DNA of 64,000 bases, from NCBI RefSeq assembly GCF_964355755.1, contig NC_092679.1, forward strand, positions 10,771,432-10,835,431, given 5' to 3'. Numbering within the stretch: position 1 is the stretch's first letter; each line of letters begins with the position of its first letter. Below, piece after piece: positions 1-14,399 of this stretch. The notes under the pieces are model-generated. The model made no database searches, was not told where the DNA came from, and saw only the letters and a program-made list of their open reading frames with translations. The stretch comes from Antedon mediterranea (lineage: Eukaryota > Animalia > Echinodermata). The position numbers and the translations under genes were made by a program.

Positions 1-235
1 AAAAACATTGAGCATGGGGAGCTCGAGGAGTTACATTACAGTATACTGCTACTAGTGTACTGTAGGCTAGTCATTTTGTGTGCGAGAAAAACGTCTGTAA
101 AATCATCAATTTAAAAATGTATTTGTTACTTTTTATGTGATTCTTTTTCATGAAAGTGCCAATTCTAAGGTGTGGTTATTCAGAATAAATGTTGGGAGTT
201 AAAATACAAGGCAGGTGCGAAAGATAAATATTTGT

Positions 236-319
236 AATCTTAGGTCTTGGGTCTTAGCTTTCGTTATCTTAGGTCTTAGGGGGTCTTAGCTTTCGTGGTC
301 TTAGGTTTCGTGACACCCG
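236..319. repeat. End of a TIR-type element with GGTCTTAG subterminal repeats
   Basis: Repeated (g)gtcttag(ct)ttcg units ending in gtttcgtgacacccg. The partner end was not seen in the window. Confidence 0.4.
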
Positions 320-1029
320 GCTGTTGGCCTTGTTTAATGTGATTTAGATTTTGATAAACTTATTATACAGAACAATTAAATGTTGATTGTACACTGCGTG
401 TATGTAAACTTGTTTTATTGCCGTATTTTGAATAATTAAAAATTTAGATTTATTTCGCTTTATCATTGAAAATCAAAATTTATTCATTTAGGCCTAATTA
501 AACAATATAATAAACAAATGGATGAGAAGTTCCGACTTCTGACTGGGATAATTTGTCATTGAGCTATGCGGATCTAACTTGGTTTGGTGTCTTTTGCAAT
601 ACTAAATTGATAAAGTTGATTTGTATTATTATTCTTATTATTGTTAACATAAATACTAGGCCTAGGGCCTAGCCTAGAAGAAAAAGCAAATTATTATTAC
701 TTCTACTCTCGAAATAAACATATACTGGGCTTACATACGATACAAAATCCCCTATCATGGACAACACAATGAGTGACGCACTAATCCAATAAAAAGCCCC
801 TATTGTGGACAAAAAATCCCCCACGGACGATGATCGACTCTCGATGTGCCGCGCGTGTACTTGGGCAAGTTTGAGCAAGTTAGACTAGGCTCCATGCAGC
901 AGTCACATTTTTTCATTTGACCCGATGTCAAGGGTCATATTTGTTGAGACGTGAAAAGGGCCGAAAGGTAACAGCACTGAATGATGAAAGCACTTAACGT
1001 AATTCTAAAAGGGCCAAATAGAAAAGCTC

Positions 1030-1345
1030 CAACGATGAAAAAGCCGTATGAAGATGAAAAAGCCGTATGAAATGGTAAAAGAGCTGTATGAAATGATGAA
1101 AGAGCCGTATGAAATGGTAAAAGAGCCGTATGAAATGATGATGAAAGAACCGTATGAAATGGTAAAAGAGCCGTATGAAATGGTAAAAGAGCCGTATGAA
1201 ATGATGAAAGAGCCGTATGAAATGATGAAAGAGCCGTATGAAATGGTAAAAGAGCCGTATGAAATTATGAAAGAGCCGTATGAAATGGTAAAAGAGCCGA
1301 ACGTAATGGTAAAAGTGCCGAACGTAATGGTAAAAGAGCCAAATA
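1030..1345 (+). repeat. 21-bp minisatellite (AAAGAGCCGTATGAAATGGTA)
   Basis: About 14 tandem units. A related array lies in reverse orientation at 58195-58355. Confidence 0.9.
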
Positions 1346-1552
1346 GAAAAGCACCAAACCAGATTTCACAAACCCTATAATTTTAATCGTACGCTATGGG
1401 TTTGAACGGGTCAGTCTAATTACCGAAAACGATCATAAACAACCGAAAACAAACTAAAAACAAAACAAAAAAATCTAAATATTTTTTTTTAAATTATATA
1501 AATTTGTTTTATTACTTACTTCAGAAAAAATCGAAGATTCCAAAGGTTTCAC

Positions 1553-1893
1553 TTCCGCCGTGGTAACTCACTTCCGCCGTGGCATTCTGTAATTTGCCGT
1601 GGTGTTTCATTACTAATTTGCCGTGGTGTTTCAATACTAATTTGCCGTGGTGTTTCATTTTTAAGTTGCCGTGGTATTTTTGTTAAATTGCCGCGATGTT
1701 TTATTTTTAATTTGCCGTGGTATTTTTGTTAAATTGCCGCGATGTTTTATTTTTAATTTGCCGTGATGTTTTATTTTTAATTTGCCGTGGGTTATTTCAA
1801 ATTGCCGTGGCTTTTTTCAAATTGCCGTGGCATTTTTTTTAAAGTTGCCGTGATATTTTTTGAAAGTTGCCGTGACACTTATAGGCTACCGTA
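1553..1893 (+). repeat. Tandem AATTTGCCGTGG minisatellite, probably a MITE interior or end
   Basis: About 15 units of 19-25 bp with a TTGCCGTG core, ending ggctaccgta. Confidence 0.8.
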
Positions 1894-2169
1894 ATAACTG
1901 CTTATGCGCGCGTTTTGAATGATATTTATAACTCGACTACGGTGATTTTAATAATAGATTTTATTGTGAATTGTTATCGTGAGCTTGTTTTAAGTATACT
2001 TTATAGTTCCTAAAATTATCAATAATATTCTTTACAATATAATTTGAAAACTATAGGCCTAATTAAATTGATCATGATTAACGTATTCACAATTGTGAGG
2101 AGTACACGCGTTGGTTTCTGGATCAAAAATCGAAAGACTAAAATCAAAATATGTTTACAGATTCTTTAA

Positions 2170-2699
2170 AGATGTATTGTCCCTTTGACTAATTCAACAA
2201 AAAATTTCGAAAAAAAGTTGGTCATTTTGAAGTATCATAATAGTTATTAACTTTCACCAAAAATTAGTCGAAAAAAAAATAATTTAACCGAAATACAGAC
2301 GTTTTTTTGTTCAAAAAATTACTTTGACTTCCAGTCAAAGTTTTCGATTAAAACATATCTCATAATGCAACGCGCTTGTTTGGCTACTCTGTATGCATAA
2401 TCATAAAACTTCTTCGTGATCTGTGTGAAAACACCTTCTCAACCGCGATGAGTTGTAAACAATCCTAAGCATCATGCATAATGCATACTAATGGTTTGAA
2501 ATCTTTGTTTACTTTTGCTCGTGACGATTTTCCAGACGAAATGTTATCAAATTAATTTACCTGTTAATTACGTAAACTTTTTGTTTTTGGCTCGAATTTT
2601 CAACTTAAAGTGAATAGCTTTAATATTACTTTGATATGGCCAATTTATATTTAGAATATTTTGTTTTTAATTTTTTGTGTTTCAAGAGACAATACATCT
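2170..2699. mobile_element. Kolobok-like MITE (530 bp)
   Basis: TTAA|AGATGTATTGTC...GACAATACATCT|TTAA. A second copy lies at 60671. Confidence 0.85.
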
Positions 2700-3084
2700 T
2701 TAAGTAAATGTACGATGTTATCATTGAGTTTGTACGCTTTTTAGTTGTATGTTGAACCCTACCATTTCTTTTACGCGCGCGGTTCTCTCAGTCATGGTCT
2801 TAGTAGCTTTAGAAACACCCATCAGTAGAGGGCGACATTAACACAAATTATTTTGTAAGTTTGTTTTCGGTATTTAGATTTTTAAACAAAATTTTCGGTA
2901 TGTTTTCGGTTTTTTTCCCGGTTGTTTTTTGTTATTTATGGTTGTTTTCGGTAATTAGACTAACCGAGAAATAATATAGCATGTATTATATATTTGTAAA
3001 AAGTCCCTTTTATTTATTTAATTAAATTTGAATAAGTAGCTAGTAGCTGAACATCACAGACATAAGTAGGCATCAATACATTAA

Positions 3085-3890
3085 ATTCTAGTTCTAGTTC
3101 TGGGTTCAGCTCCCAGGCAGGCTTTCGCCTGTCAGTGGTGCTAGCCTCTTTCTCCACCTTTTTCTATCCAGCATCTCTCCGCTATTTCTTAGTTCTTGTA
3201 ATGTAGGCATGTTATTTCTATATAGGATATCTTTTATTGTCACGTCCATCCACCTTTTTCTTGGTCTTCTTTCCAATTTCAACATCTCTTAACGATTTTC
3301 TTATCATTCTTTCCTAGCCAGCCATCTCAGCTTCAATTTTATTTCTGATTGGTGTTATTCCTACTTGTCTCCGGGTCTCCTCCTCTTCTTATTTTGTCTA
3401 ATCTGGTCTTATTGAAAATTCTCTGAGAGGTCTCATTTCTAAGGCTTGAATCCTACTCCAATCTGTTGTTGTTATTGCCAATGTTTCTGTACCATACATC
3501 AATGTGGGGGACAGGACTGTATCAAAGATTATTTGCTTGGTTTTCTTGGGTACATGTTTGTCTTTCAGAATAGGATGGTACAGAGCACCCACATTCCTGC
3601 TAAATGTCCCAATTCTCTCTGTTATATCCTGTTTGTTTTCACCTTCTCTCATGATGATGCTTCCTAAATATTTTGCTCTCTCTGCGTATTTCACAGTTTC
3701 TTCACTGATGGTGAAATGTTCTTCTTTCTTCCTACTGACACAGAGGATTTCAGTCTTTCGAGACGTTTAACTTCATCCCTGCTTTTATGAAGCAATGATG
3801 TATTGCAATGTCGTCTGCATAGGCCATGAAGAGACTTGTGTTAGGGTGGATTATGTTTTAATTTAAAATGTCTGATGACGCTGTCCATGC
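3085..3890 (-). mobile_element. Degraded RTE-clade LINE 3' fragment
   Basis: MAYADDIA near 3807-3828, KYLGS..DITERI, LMYGTE, IQALEMR, frameshifts, and a short tandem 3' tail (AGAACT)n near 3086-3102. Confidence 0.85.
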
Positions 3891-4959
3891 GATAAGTATA
3901 GGCGAAAGCTTTATTTTAAACACTGGGTTTCATCAGAGTTTACAAAAGTGAAACATATTGTTACTTTTAATCGTTTATTAAACCTAAGTGAAATTAAGAA
4001 TAAATTAATTATAAAAGAAATTGGATTAATGAATACAATACACTTGAAAATGTGGATAAATGTAGTTAAGAACAACAATAAACAGGTAAATATGGTTACA
4101 AAATGTGACGTAATAGACACAATTTTAGAAACGACTATGAAATATACATATTTACACTTCGTCAAAAACATTTTTATTCCTCCTCCTCCTCCTTTAAATC
4201 AAACGTAGTTGATATGACCGCTTTAGGTTTGATTTAAATGTTATATTATATTTACTTTATGTATATACATATATATATAAAAGTGTCAAATATCAAAATT
4301 AGTGTAACAAATTGCGTGAATTCATTTTGATTATAGGGCCTATTTAGTGTATGTTACATCACCACCTGAAATGGGACAAATTGCCATCCAACTTTTCTAG
4401 AACAGAAGTAATCATTCAGGATAGGAAGCGAGATATAGGCCTAAGGGATGAAAATTAAAAATTGATCAATTACAACAAGGTACCTTTTAGCTTTTCGCTT
4501 TTTTTGTATCCCCATTGAGATCCAGCCACTGATGGTAATTTGGTATTTTATTACATTTTTATGATTACAGGTTAATAATACGTCATTGTAAAAAAGCACA
4601 TACCTCATTTCATCAGTTGACATAAGGTCAATTTAATCAGTTGACATAAGGTCAAAGGTCAACATTTTAATATGCGTATTAATTTCCAAATAGATGCAAA
4701 GTTGTCCAAATTATGATATCGATGATTTTACAACTAATCAAATTATTTGATCAGTAATGTTTGTTATTTCATTATAATTTTGATTAATATAATTAATACT
4801 GTAATTAATCAAACTTATTAATTAATAAGATTAATTAATCAGACCTAACATTTTACGGTGACCTTAGGCCTAAATAAAATAAATGGTAAAGTAAAACTTA
4901 TAAAACTTTTAAAAATTCATTTTGCAACGATTGGTCAGAACATTTTGAAGCAATAAACT

Positions 4960-5660
4960 ATTTGATTTGATCTGCTTTTTTATGTTGGTAATATATAATT
5001 TGTTTTTTATTTGTCTAGGTACCCAGATAACTGAGAATACTTAGTTATGTACTATAGCCAGTCTGTGTACCTTAACTGGTAAACAAATGTAATTATGTGG
5101 TTTTTGTTTACATTTGGTAGTTTTGTAAAGTTTACGGATTAGTTTCCATTGGTTTTTCACGCCTTGAGCACTTTGGTGTATAAGCGTATACACAAATCTT
5201 ACTATATTATTGGTTGTCACTTTTGTCATCTCCATTGCAATCAGAACATAGTACAACTAGTACGTCCAGGATATGTACATACCAACCCAGTGAATAGATA
5301 AATCTGGCACCCATGTCCATGATTTTCTGGACTATCCAAACAATAGCCTGTAGGCCTACACCAAAAGGGCATATACTTGCATTGCTATAATTAAAATGAT
5401 TCTAAAAAGAGATGATTAACTCTGACCTTTGTTGTAGAGCACATGTTTCACAACTTCTAGAAACTATTCTGAGAAGATTTTGGTCATTGCCTAGTTCTGT
5501 AAAAAAGGTTTGATTATCTATATACATGACCACCAGGATTGATTCCTTATTTCTCTTTCGAAAAAAAGGAAGAGACATAATCATTTACAGTGAGCACCAT
5601 CATCCGAGCATTGCTATTTATAAATATTAGTTGACATTGACTTGGTTCTATTAGTCTGCG
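4960..5660 (+). repeat. Unclassified interspersed repeat, copy A
   Basis: Aligns by eye, with indels, to 62525-63180 in reverse orientation. Confidence 0.8.
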
Positions 5661-8600
5661 ACCCTTGCCACGGTCAATAATGATTGTTGATGTCCCATTC
5701 ATTGTATCCTTTAGTCAATTGTTTTGCAATACTAGGCCTATGCAATGTTTTGTTATGAATAAGCTTGAATTGAAATGAAAAATATTTAGGTGTTTACGTT
5801 CGTTAGATAGACACAAGAAGCGTGTCAAATGAGTTTATTTCTCCTGACTTTGAACAGTATATATGCAACCTTGTGGAAGATGGACCTTATATTATAGAAC
5901 AGGTTTCCTTTCTCTTCAGAAAACAAAATGTTGGTACTACAGTATGCACGGGAAAATGTTTTTATGAAAATAAAACAAAAACTATCTCTGGCTAGCAACC
6001 ATATCGAGACTCATACTAACGATATGCCCTTGATAACAATTATGATCTGTCTGTGAAGATCCAGTTTTTACTAGCCAATGAAAGTAAAAATTTAAAGCAT
6101 TATGGACAAAGATTGAGTCAATGTGTCGTCAACTAGGGAAACCGGGAATATTTTCAAAAGGGAAAGAAATCCTGATGGTGGTCCCTTATGAAAGCATACA
6201 TAAAACATACATACAGTATTTGCAGTACAGTAACTTGACAATAAAAAGACACATTCGTAGATAACGTTTCTACAAGCTTGGACATTGCTTTTGGGCTCTG
6301 GGTTTATAAACCATACAGTGACGAATCAAGTGAATAGAAAAATATAAACTTTTTGAACAAAAATGATTTGCACATTTGTAGAATTTCATTTGCACGTTCA
6401 ACGTCAAAACTAATCGTTTCCACATTTACCGGCGTGACGTTTGCACATACAGATTAGCACATTTGAGGTTATTTGCACATTTAAAGGCCATCACAACCGC
6501 ACCGGAATACCTTAAATTAATATGTTATATAAACATGAATGTCACCTTCAATTCTGAATAGCTGTAAATGGTTCAAATATACAGTACAGATAGGTCGTGA
6601 AATTATACGACCCATGTTAACAAATTGTTAGATATGATGACGTCATTAAAATGAAAATGGTGGTAGCCCATAAGAAGGCTGTATGAGCAAGATTGAGAAA
6701 ATCTGACACAGCCTATAAAGCGAAATACGCTCTGTTGAACTGATAATCTATAACGAAAAAGACAAAAATCCTATTTTAAACATTAAGGTGGCCAATGATG
6801 ACAAATGTCCAGTTTAGGTTTTAAAAATAGATATGCGACATGTATACAATCAAAAACGTCAACCAGACTGCTTGTTGAAAAACATATTCGTTAAAACAAC
6901 AATATTTTACGAATTGCGTCGATTTTATGATTTGTAACTTTGCAAGTTTAGTGTGACTGATTGTAAACTGGTTGTAGTGCTCTTGGATAGTGGAGCAATT
7001 AGATTGCGCATACGATTTCTATATGGGTTTGTTTTGTTGTTGATCCTTATTAAAACTGTAAATACCTTCAGTGGCTGTCTTAATATTTGTTTTTGTTCCA
7101 CAAGTCTCATGTAGTATCGATAATGGTGGTTTCATTCAACATTCATTACATTTTTATTTTTGTTGATACAAAGAATAATCTTGATTATGTTTAATATCCC
7201 AAATTGGTTTATTTAGATTACTTACCGGTTGATTACTACTTGTTAAGATTATTTTCTTAACCATAACACACAATGGTCACTCACAAAACTATGTCTATCA
7301 TGCTCATCAATAAACATAATTTGTCAAGGATTTTGAGCATAACATAAACATGTAGTCTATCGTGCTTTGTTGATTATTTCTTTGCTATGTTATTTTTTAA
7401 ACCAGTTGTCAAGTACTTACTTGCTACGTTTTGGCTATTTTCAGAAGTTACCATTTATTTTTAAATATCCATTTGAAACCAGATGATTTTTCTTGAGAAT
7501 CTATGTTATTTTACCTTCACAAAAATAGTACTATTAATTAAGGTTGTTAACTTAGAATTTTTAGTAAATTGTATCAACGTACACCGGTGTATTAAAAAAA
7601 ATATTATACAGTAAAGTTATTGCGATATAAACGGCCTATAAAAAGTTATTAACGAAACTAACCACAGGAAGAAGGAAAGCCTTTGATGGCTGACGTCGTA
7701 CGGTTTTAGCACTTCCGTTAATAACCAATGACGAGCATACAATACAAGAATATTTGTACGTGTAGATGGTCATATGGAGGTTTATACCTCCATGTTCATA
7801 TATTCATCATTATGCGACAAAATTGTCAAGAGGCTTAGAAGAACTCGATGACCACAGAAGAAATAAACAAAGTGTCTGTATTGTTTTTTAAAGGTCAAAT
7901 CTATCAATTGGAACAATGAGTTAAATAATCGGAAATAAAAACGTAATTGTTTATTGCGGTTTGTTTATCCTGATCTTTAAGAGGAAATGATGTGTTGGAA
8001 AGAAATGAAGTAACAGTTAAATAATCATACAGATATACTATATTCAAGTTAGACCTCCATGTTTACCGTACCGAGTTTCATGTTATACTGTATTATATAA
8101 ATCTTTTAAAATAATTATTTAAAATTAAATTGAATAATAGAATGAATAAAACACAATAATACACAAACACAAATCATAATTTCCATGCGTAGTTTTATCA
8201 ATAACTTATTTAAATAGTCTCACAACCAACGATGGGCTATATCATCGTAAAATAACAAGATGATAACATATTGAAACTCAAGTAGATTGTATGTTTATAA
8301 GAGTAAAATCATATGAATAACTATTGACAATAAAACAATAATCATATTCATCCAGAATAATATATTATTAATGTATAATACTATTATGATCATCATAACA
8401 AATTATTTTATTTAAAAAAATGTATGATAATGAAAACTATAAGTTAAATAAGATGAAAAACTTAATTAGTATGGTAACACGTTAACATATCTTGCATTTC
8501 ACTCTCCTCAACAATTAAGTCTGTACAGCACGCAACTTCATTCATACTGAACACTTAAATACTGTAGTTACAATAATACATCTACTGTAACACAACTCAT

Positions 8601-11600
8601 TGGAGATAATTACTGTATAAAGTATTAATAAAGTGTAGTGTGACCACTTCCTTTACTCCACAATATTACTGTATACATTTTCAATGTATTTCATGAAATG
8701 TTTTAATATATTAAGCATTTAAACATAGATTAATATACATTAGGTAAATACATTGATAAATTGGATTATTACTCGTGATTTCATTATAGCCTGTAAACAA
8801 AAATATGATTTGTAAAATTGCTAATCATCATATCAATCCAAATATAATAAAATTCTATAACCTAAATAAAAATAGTGCAAGCATGCACAAGAATGCTAAT
8901 ATAAAATCTGATTAGGTTTATTAAAATCTGATTAGGTTTATTAAGATTTCAGTTGAACGGGTTGTAATTCATTGTTATCACTGGGGTCACATAAACTAGC
9001 CAATAAAATGAAAATGATCAATAACAACAAAGGCACCGTTGAAATATTTCTTACATATTGAATACAATGTGAATACATTTTTTTAATGACACAAATTAAC
9101 TACAGTAGAATAATAAACTATAAATATAATTGTATGCACAACTTGAAAACAGACAACAATCAAGGCACAGTTGATCTCCTCCTCAAAACTCTATGCAACA
9201 CCTTAACAACATCCACTCACCATCTAAAAACCCTGTCGAATTTCTTTGTATTAATTTTACTAAAAAATTAAATGTCTGTACATATGGACATAATTTACAT
9301 AGTATTTACATATTGTATGCAGTAAATGCAAAACAAACCATAGATATTAAACAAACACACTGTATATTTTATAATGTTTCCCAAGCAATGTTAAATAACA
9401 AAAAGGTATATGAAACAATATTATACAATACATTCTAAATATTTTGATCATATTAAGCTCTTAATATGTAAATATGACAATAAAAATAACACTATGCAAT
9501 GACTTTGTTTAAAAAAATGATTGTGATTTTTTGATTATAGAATATATTATATTGGCATGCCTTAACAGAAGTTAAACCAATATAAAATATGTGGATTGTA
9601 AACATGGTAAAGTCCTCCAAATATTATCAGATAATGAATTATAAATAATAAATAACAATGATTAATATTAAGATACAAGATAGGTAAAGCTGGTAAAATA
9701 CATCAGTTCAAAAAAGCCAAAACGAAAGACAACCATTGTATTGTAAATATTAATGCAAAAGCAATAAATAATATTAGAGTAGTATAATGATGTCTTTTAA
9801 TACAAAATTAATATTAGTACTAAAATCTTTCTCAGCTGATACAGTGATTTTGTATTCCAGGCTGTTCAATAATGAGAAAAATAAATAAATTGATATCACT
9901 TTAAATCAGTAGATAACTAAATATATTTGGAAGAATTGTTTTAATCTTCTATTAAGACTACTACTACTACTACTACTACTATTTTTCTCCTACCACTACT
10001 CCTACTACTAGTAAAAAGGCAATACTGTACTATAATATTGATATAATATATGTCCACATCATTTATAAAATGTAATTACAACAAAGAATTTAACCAATCT
10101 TTACAAAATGAATCAAATATTAGATGTTTAATTGCATAAAAATAAGTTCAAGCCCTGCTGTTTTACTGTACTTCTTATCAAATAAAAAATATATAAAAGT
10201 CATAAAAGTATATAAGCTTTGTACGATAAACAATAAACTTTTAGTTGCATCATGGAGCTATATTATAGCTCCATGGTGGTATATTTTAAATTTTAAATCT
10301 ACTCACATTATTACTATGTACCACGCAAATCTCTTGATTTACTATTAAAAATAAATTCAAGAGCCACGTGTAACTAAACATATATCACTTTCATATAAAA
10401 AAATATAGCATTAGGCCTACAACTTTACATATGATTAAATCTGCCAGGGGCTATGCACATCCATTAGTCAACTGGACCTACAAGAGCACCATATAAAACA
10501 GTGACGCTTGGATGATGCTTGAAATAAATGTAAACAACTATTCAAGATGTCTTGAAATGGTCAAATATTTATTTACATTTTTTTTAAAGCCATAGGCCTA
10601 TATTGTGTTTTAAAATTACTGTTTATTGGAACATTTACATAGTAAAAAAGATAATTAGTTTAAATAGAAACATAAAGACATTTTTTTTTAATCTGAGAAA
10701 GACTGAGGATCATCCTTGAAGACAAACATTTTTGAAAACATGTAAAAAATGAATACAAATAAGAAAAGGTATTGAGTTGTCAAAGGCTATGTTTACAAAA
10801 TTGTTAATCTCCCGGAACATGCTGCTGGCACTAGAAATTTTGAATCTAGTTAGCCAGTTGGTCATAAAAACCAAACAACATCAGATAAAATGTTAGTGTG
10901 AAAGTGGCACGATTTGCATAGAATTCTCATAAAATTACCTTTATATCTGAAAGGTCACTACACAGGACTGGTGTGTACCCTGCAAATTTGCCAGGTCAAC
11001 TCTGGCTCCGAAGCCTCCCCTTAAATCCAGTCATTAAAAACTAGATATGGTAATGATTAATGATAGTTAATAAACCCGCAGATGTTTCATCATCATATAT
11101 TACAAGTACAACAAATGTTATTACGCATTAAAACTGTTTGCCTTGGAAACATATTTCAGAAAAATTGCTGATAACCACAGTGTATGTTTATCACTCTTTG
11201 GCATGAATAGAGTAAAGCTCAACAATACTAACTAGCCATACAGAAAGTTAATAGGAAAACTGGATACTGAATACGGTACATACATGGCAGTTTTTAGCAG
11301 CATATCTACACACATAATAAATGCAATATACAAACAGTATATATCGTATACTCAAATCATAAAATGTATCTACAGTATTTCTCAACTTCAATTGCATAGG
11401 TTGTGATCAATGTAGTTTACACAGTGTGTATGATATTAAGTATTGATGTATTTAAAATACAACAGTATTCAAACTATAAATTTACACCTGATGGCAATGA
11501 TATATTTTTAATACGTTAACAAACATAAAAATGAGTTGCTTTCTATAGACAAAGTATCATGACCAACATCCAGAGCATACTGAACTAAATTCCCGAAACG

Positions 11601-12436
11601 AGGTAAATATTTCCAATTGTTATGAATGAGTAATGCCAAATTATTCAAACTGATTTATTTTATATCAGGTGGTTAATTTTGAAGCAAATAATATCACATC
11701 TTTATGTCAATTGTCATGCCACAGTTTTAAAAAGCTAACTCATACAAAATCAGTGAGTGCATTCAGGTACTGAATTTAAGCTTTATGAAATCAAGAGACA
11801 TTAAGCCATTTGTGAATAGGCAAATAGTTTTACAGATTAAATTGTATTACTTTACAAATTTCATTGTAGATTTTGCACTCTTTTAGTGACTTAATAATAA
11901 ACATTGATGTAGCTGTCAGAAATAATTAAAACCTGGAAGACCAACACAAGGAGGTAAGCAACATAAATGGTTTCTTTTAAATTCAGTACTTAAACCCTTA
12001 CATCTGGACAAATTATACAAATATTTAAAACAATGAATTTCATATTACATTATTAGAAATACTCAGTCAGGAAAAAGTTCACTCAAAAGAAAAACCATAA
12101 CAATCATATTTCAGTCCCTAACTAAATGTAACTTAACTTAGAGATAAATAATGCCTAATAAAAATGTTGCATTAAATTTATGTAATAAGGTACAGTTGGA
12201 TATTTTTTATCAGTTACTGTAGAATCAAGTATACTGTACTGTAGATACAAACAGATGCACAATCAACCCTCTTCCCTTCTACCACCATAACCACCATCAT
12301 AACCTATACTATTTTTTGGTTTAGTATCTCGTGCGATTGAGTCGACATTTAAATGGACCTCTGTACATCTGTAAAACACCAATGTCAGACATTATTGATA
12401 TCTGTTTGCATATTACGCTGGATTTCATTGGCACTG

Positions 12437-13222
12437 TCAATGAGCTACATGTTTGCTTCCACATATCCCACACTTGACACCAACTTTATGGCAAACTCTC
12501 AGTGGTAGGTAGCATAAAAGACAAGGTATGCACAGGGATATTGCAGAAAGAGCAGTCCATTTCTTACAACATCCCTCTTGTCGTGGGTCACATGAACAGC
12601 CTTCAGCATAGTCATTTTCACCATCTGAACAACAATGATATTGCAAACCCTCTGCCAAGCAATAGCAAGTTACTTTTTCAATACAGTGTAAAGCACTATC
12701 AGGCGCATATTGGCATTGCCCTCTTTTGTTCTGACTTGGATCAAACACATTTGTACAATGGACACAGTGTTCTTGTCGCACTTTAGGGTCTATTTTAAAG
12801 TTTTTATTGGGTAATGGTGGCACCTGTAGTAGACTTTTTGGCTGAGTTGAAATAGAGTGTCTATCGGTAAACTTTGTAGTATTTAACGTTGGGTAACTGT
12901 AGTCATGTCGACTGGGACAATTTTTTACAAATTGTACATAAGAATCCTTTGGTCCACTAGACACTTTACATGGTTGTTGTTCATGCATCGACTGCCATTC
13001 TTGGTGACTTTTGACCCAACATTTATTTTTCTCCATCCTATGTCTCGATAAGTAATGAACTCTATGCAGATATTCATACTGATTATTGTCACTACGCCTT
13101 GGAGGTTTTGTAATAACGCTTTTTAGCGTACTTGTATAATTATCTGATGAACGTGAAGTGAACAAGGTTGGTGTGTTTTGGTAGTCATGAACATGACTTG
13201 GTGATAATAAGGGTTCAACTGC
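12437..13222 (-). CDS. SPRED: SPRED terminal coding exon 5 with cysteine-rich Sprouty (SPR) domain
   Basis: Acceptor ttttttcctctacag, phase 0. Contains DSYVQFVK and HDYSYP (SPRED2-like) and CVHC..NKRGQCQYAPD..YHCCSDGENDY..CSCD..KWTALSAISLCIPCLLCYLPLRVC..CGICGSKH, then TGA at 12437. Spliced CDS is 1215 nt (404 aa). Confidence 0.96.
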   Translation of the reverse strand, partial: AVEPLLSPSHVHDYQNTPTLFTSRSSDNYTSTLKSVITKPPRRSDNNQYEYLHRVHYLSRHRMEKNKCWVKSHQEWQSMHEQQPCKVSSGPKDSYVQFVKNCPSRHDYSYPTLNTTKFTDRHSISTQPKSLLQVPPLPNKNFKIDPKVRQEHCVHCTNVFDPSQNKRGQCQYAPDSALHCIEKVTCYCLAEGLQYHCCSDGENDYAEGCSCDPRQEGCCKKWTALSAISLCIPCLLCYLPLRVCHKVGVKCGICGSKHVAH

Positions 13223-13546
13223 CTGTAGAGGAAAAAAAAAATTAAGTTAGTAATGATAAATATTGAAAGACGAATACACAGAATGTGTCATCAGTTATAG
13301 TATAAAGAGGTCTACTGACAACCTTAAAGTTTAGTTTGCAGATCCACAATGTTTTCCCAAGTCTAAAAGGCCTTTTTAAATTTCTACAGTTTCAAGCCCT
13401 CGTCTTGAGTGTAAAAATTGATTTCAAACATCATCACAGAGGACTGCACAATTTTTTAACCTTTTTTTTCTAATCCTCAAAGTGAAAATTAAATTTGGTC
13501 TAATTTCTTAAGATCTGCTTTAAACGTCAATTTAACGACTCATTAA

Positions 13547-13839
13547 GATATTGTCCCCCTGAAAAAATAATAACACATCTTTTGTTAAATATGTCATTTT
13601 AATGTAACATAATAGTTATCCACTTTGACCAAAAATTGGATCGAAAGAAAATGTATTTACCTGAAAAAAATGTAATTTTAAGCAAAAAAAGATTGTCAAA
13701 CTGGCTGCCAGCCAATGGGTTTTTGCTTGAATTTAACCATTTATTTTGTCATTTTATTAGTGAAAACATAATTTTTTTCCTATGGAAGTGATTAACTTTT
13801 CTAAAACTACAGAATAGCATATTCAAAATCAATACATCT
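13547..13839. mobile_element. Diverged Kolobok-like MITE related to 2170-2699
   Basis: ttaagatattgtccc start, caatacatct|ttaa end, and shared internal tagttat/ctttgaccaaaaatt motifs. Confidence 0.6.
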
Positions 13840-14170
13840 TTAAGTGGTAAAATTGTAATTTAGCATGTATACAATGCAAACAGAGATGTACTGAAACTTG
13901 GGATTGAAAGCAGACAAGTTATACAATTTGTTTGTGTAGTTTGAAAAGGACTTTTAGGACTATTGATTTCAATATGAAACAAACAATATGAAGAAACGTG
14001 TTAATTTACTTTGCTTCATCAAGAAAAGCACCTTACATGGTGACTGTGCCTGAGATTGTGCCATTAACTTGTTTAAATATCTGTATATCCAGAGACATGA
14101 AAAAATGCCTCTGGATACTATAAGTACAGCATTCTGTGTGTGAAATAAAATTCAATTCATAGAAACTTAC

Positions 14171-14238
14171 AACAAAAACATCATCATCACCAAGTTCAGT
14201 ATCTGTAACCTGATTTGTTGATGACTCCGTTGAAGAAC
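14171..14238 (-). CDS. SPRED: SPRED exon 4 (linker)
   Basis: Acceptor ttgttttacag and donor GTT|gtaagt. Encodes (G)SSTESSTNQVTDTELGDDDVFV; ELGDDDVF is also found in vertebrate SPRED2. 68 nt, phase 1 to 0. Confidence 0.9.
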
Positions 14239-14399
14239 CTGTAAAACAAATTGAACAAGATATTGATATAAAAATATTATAGATACCATAAAACATAGCA
14301 AAAAAAAATTGATTTAATTTTGTCATTGCTAAAAGATTGATACTGAACAATACTGTAGTTGTTTTATTAGAAAACCTCAGAGATTTCAAAAAGACATTC

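Larger units (their letters stand above)
1408..2966. mobile_element. Non-autonomous TIR element hosting nested repeats
   Basis: About 36-bp imperfect TIRs, gggtcagtctaattaccgaaaac.. / ..gttttcggtaattagactaaccg. No clear TSD. Confidence 0.6.

Noticed and set aside
1048-1380. 110-aa ORF of KEPYEM repeats
   Set aside because: An artefact of a 21-bp minisatellite that also occurs inverted at 58195-58355.
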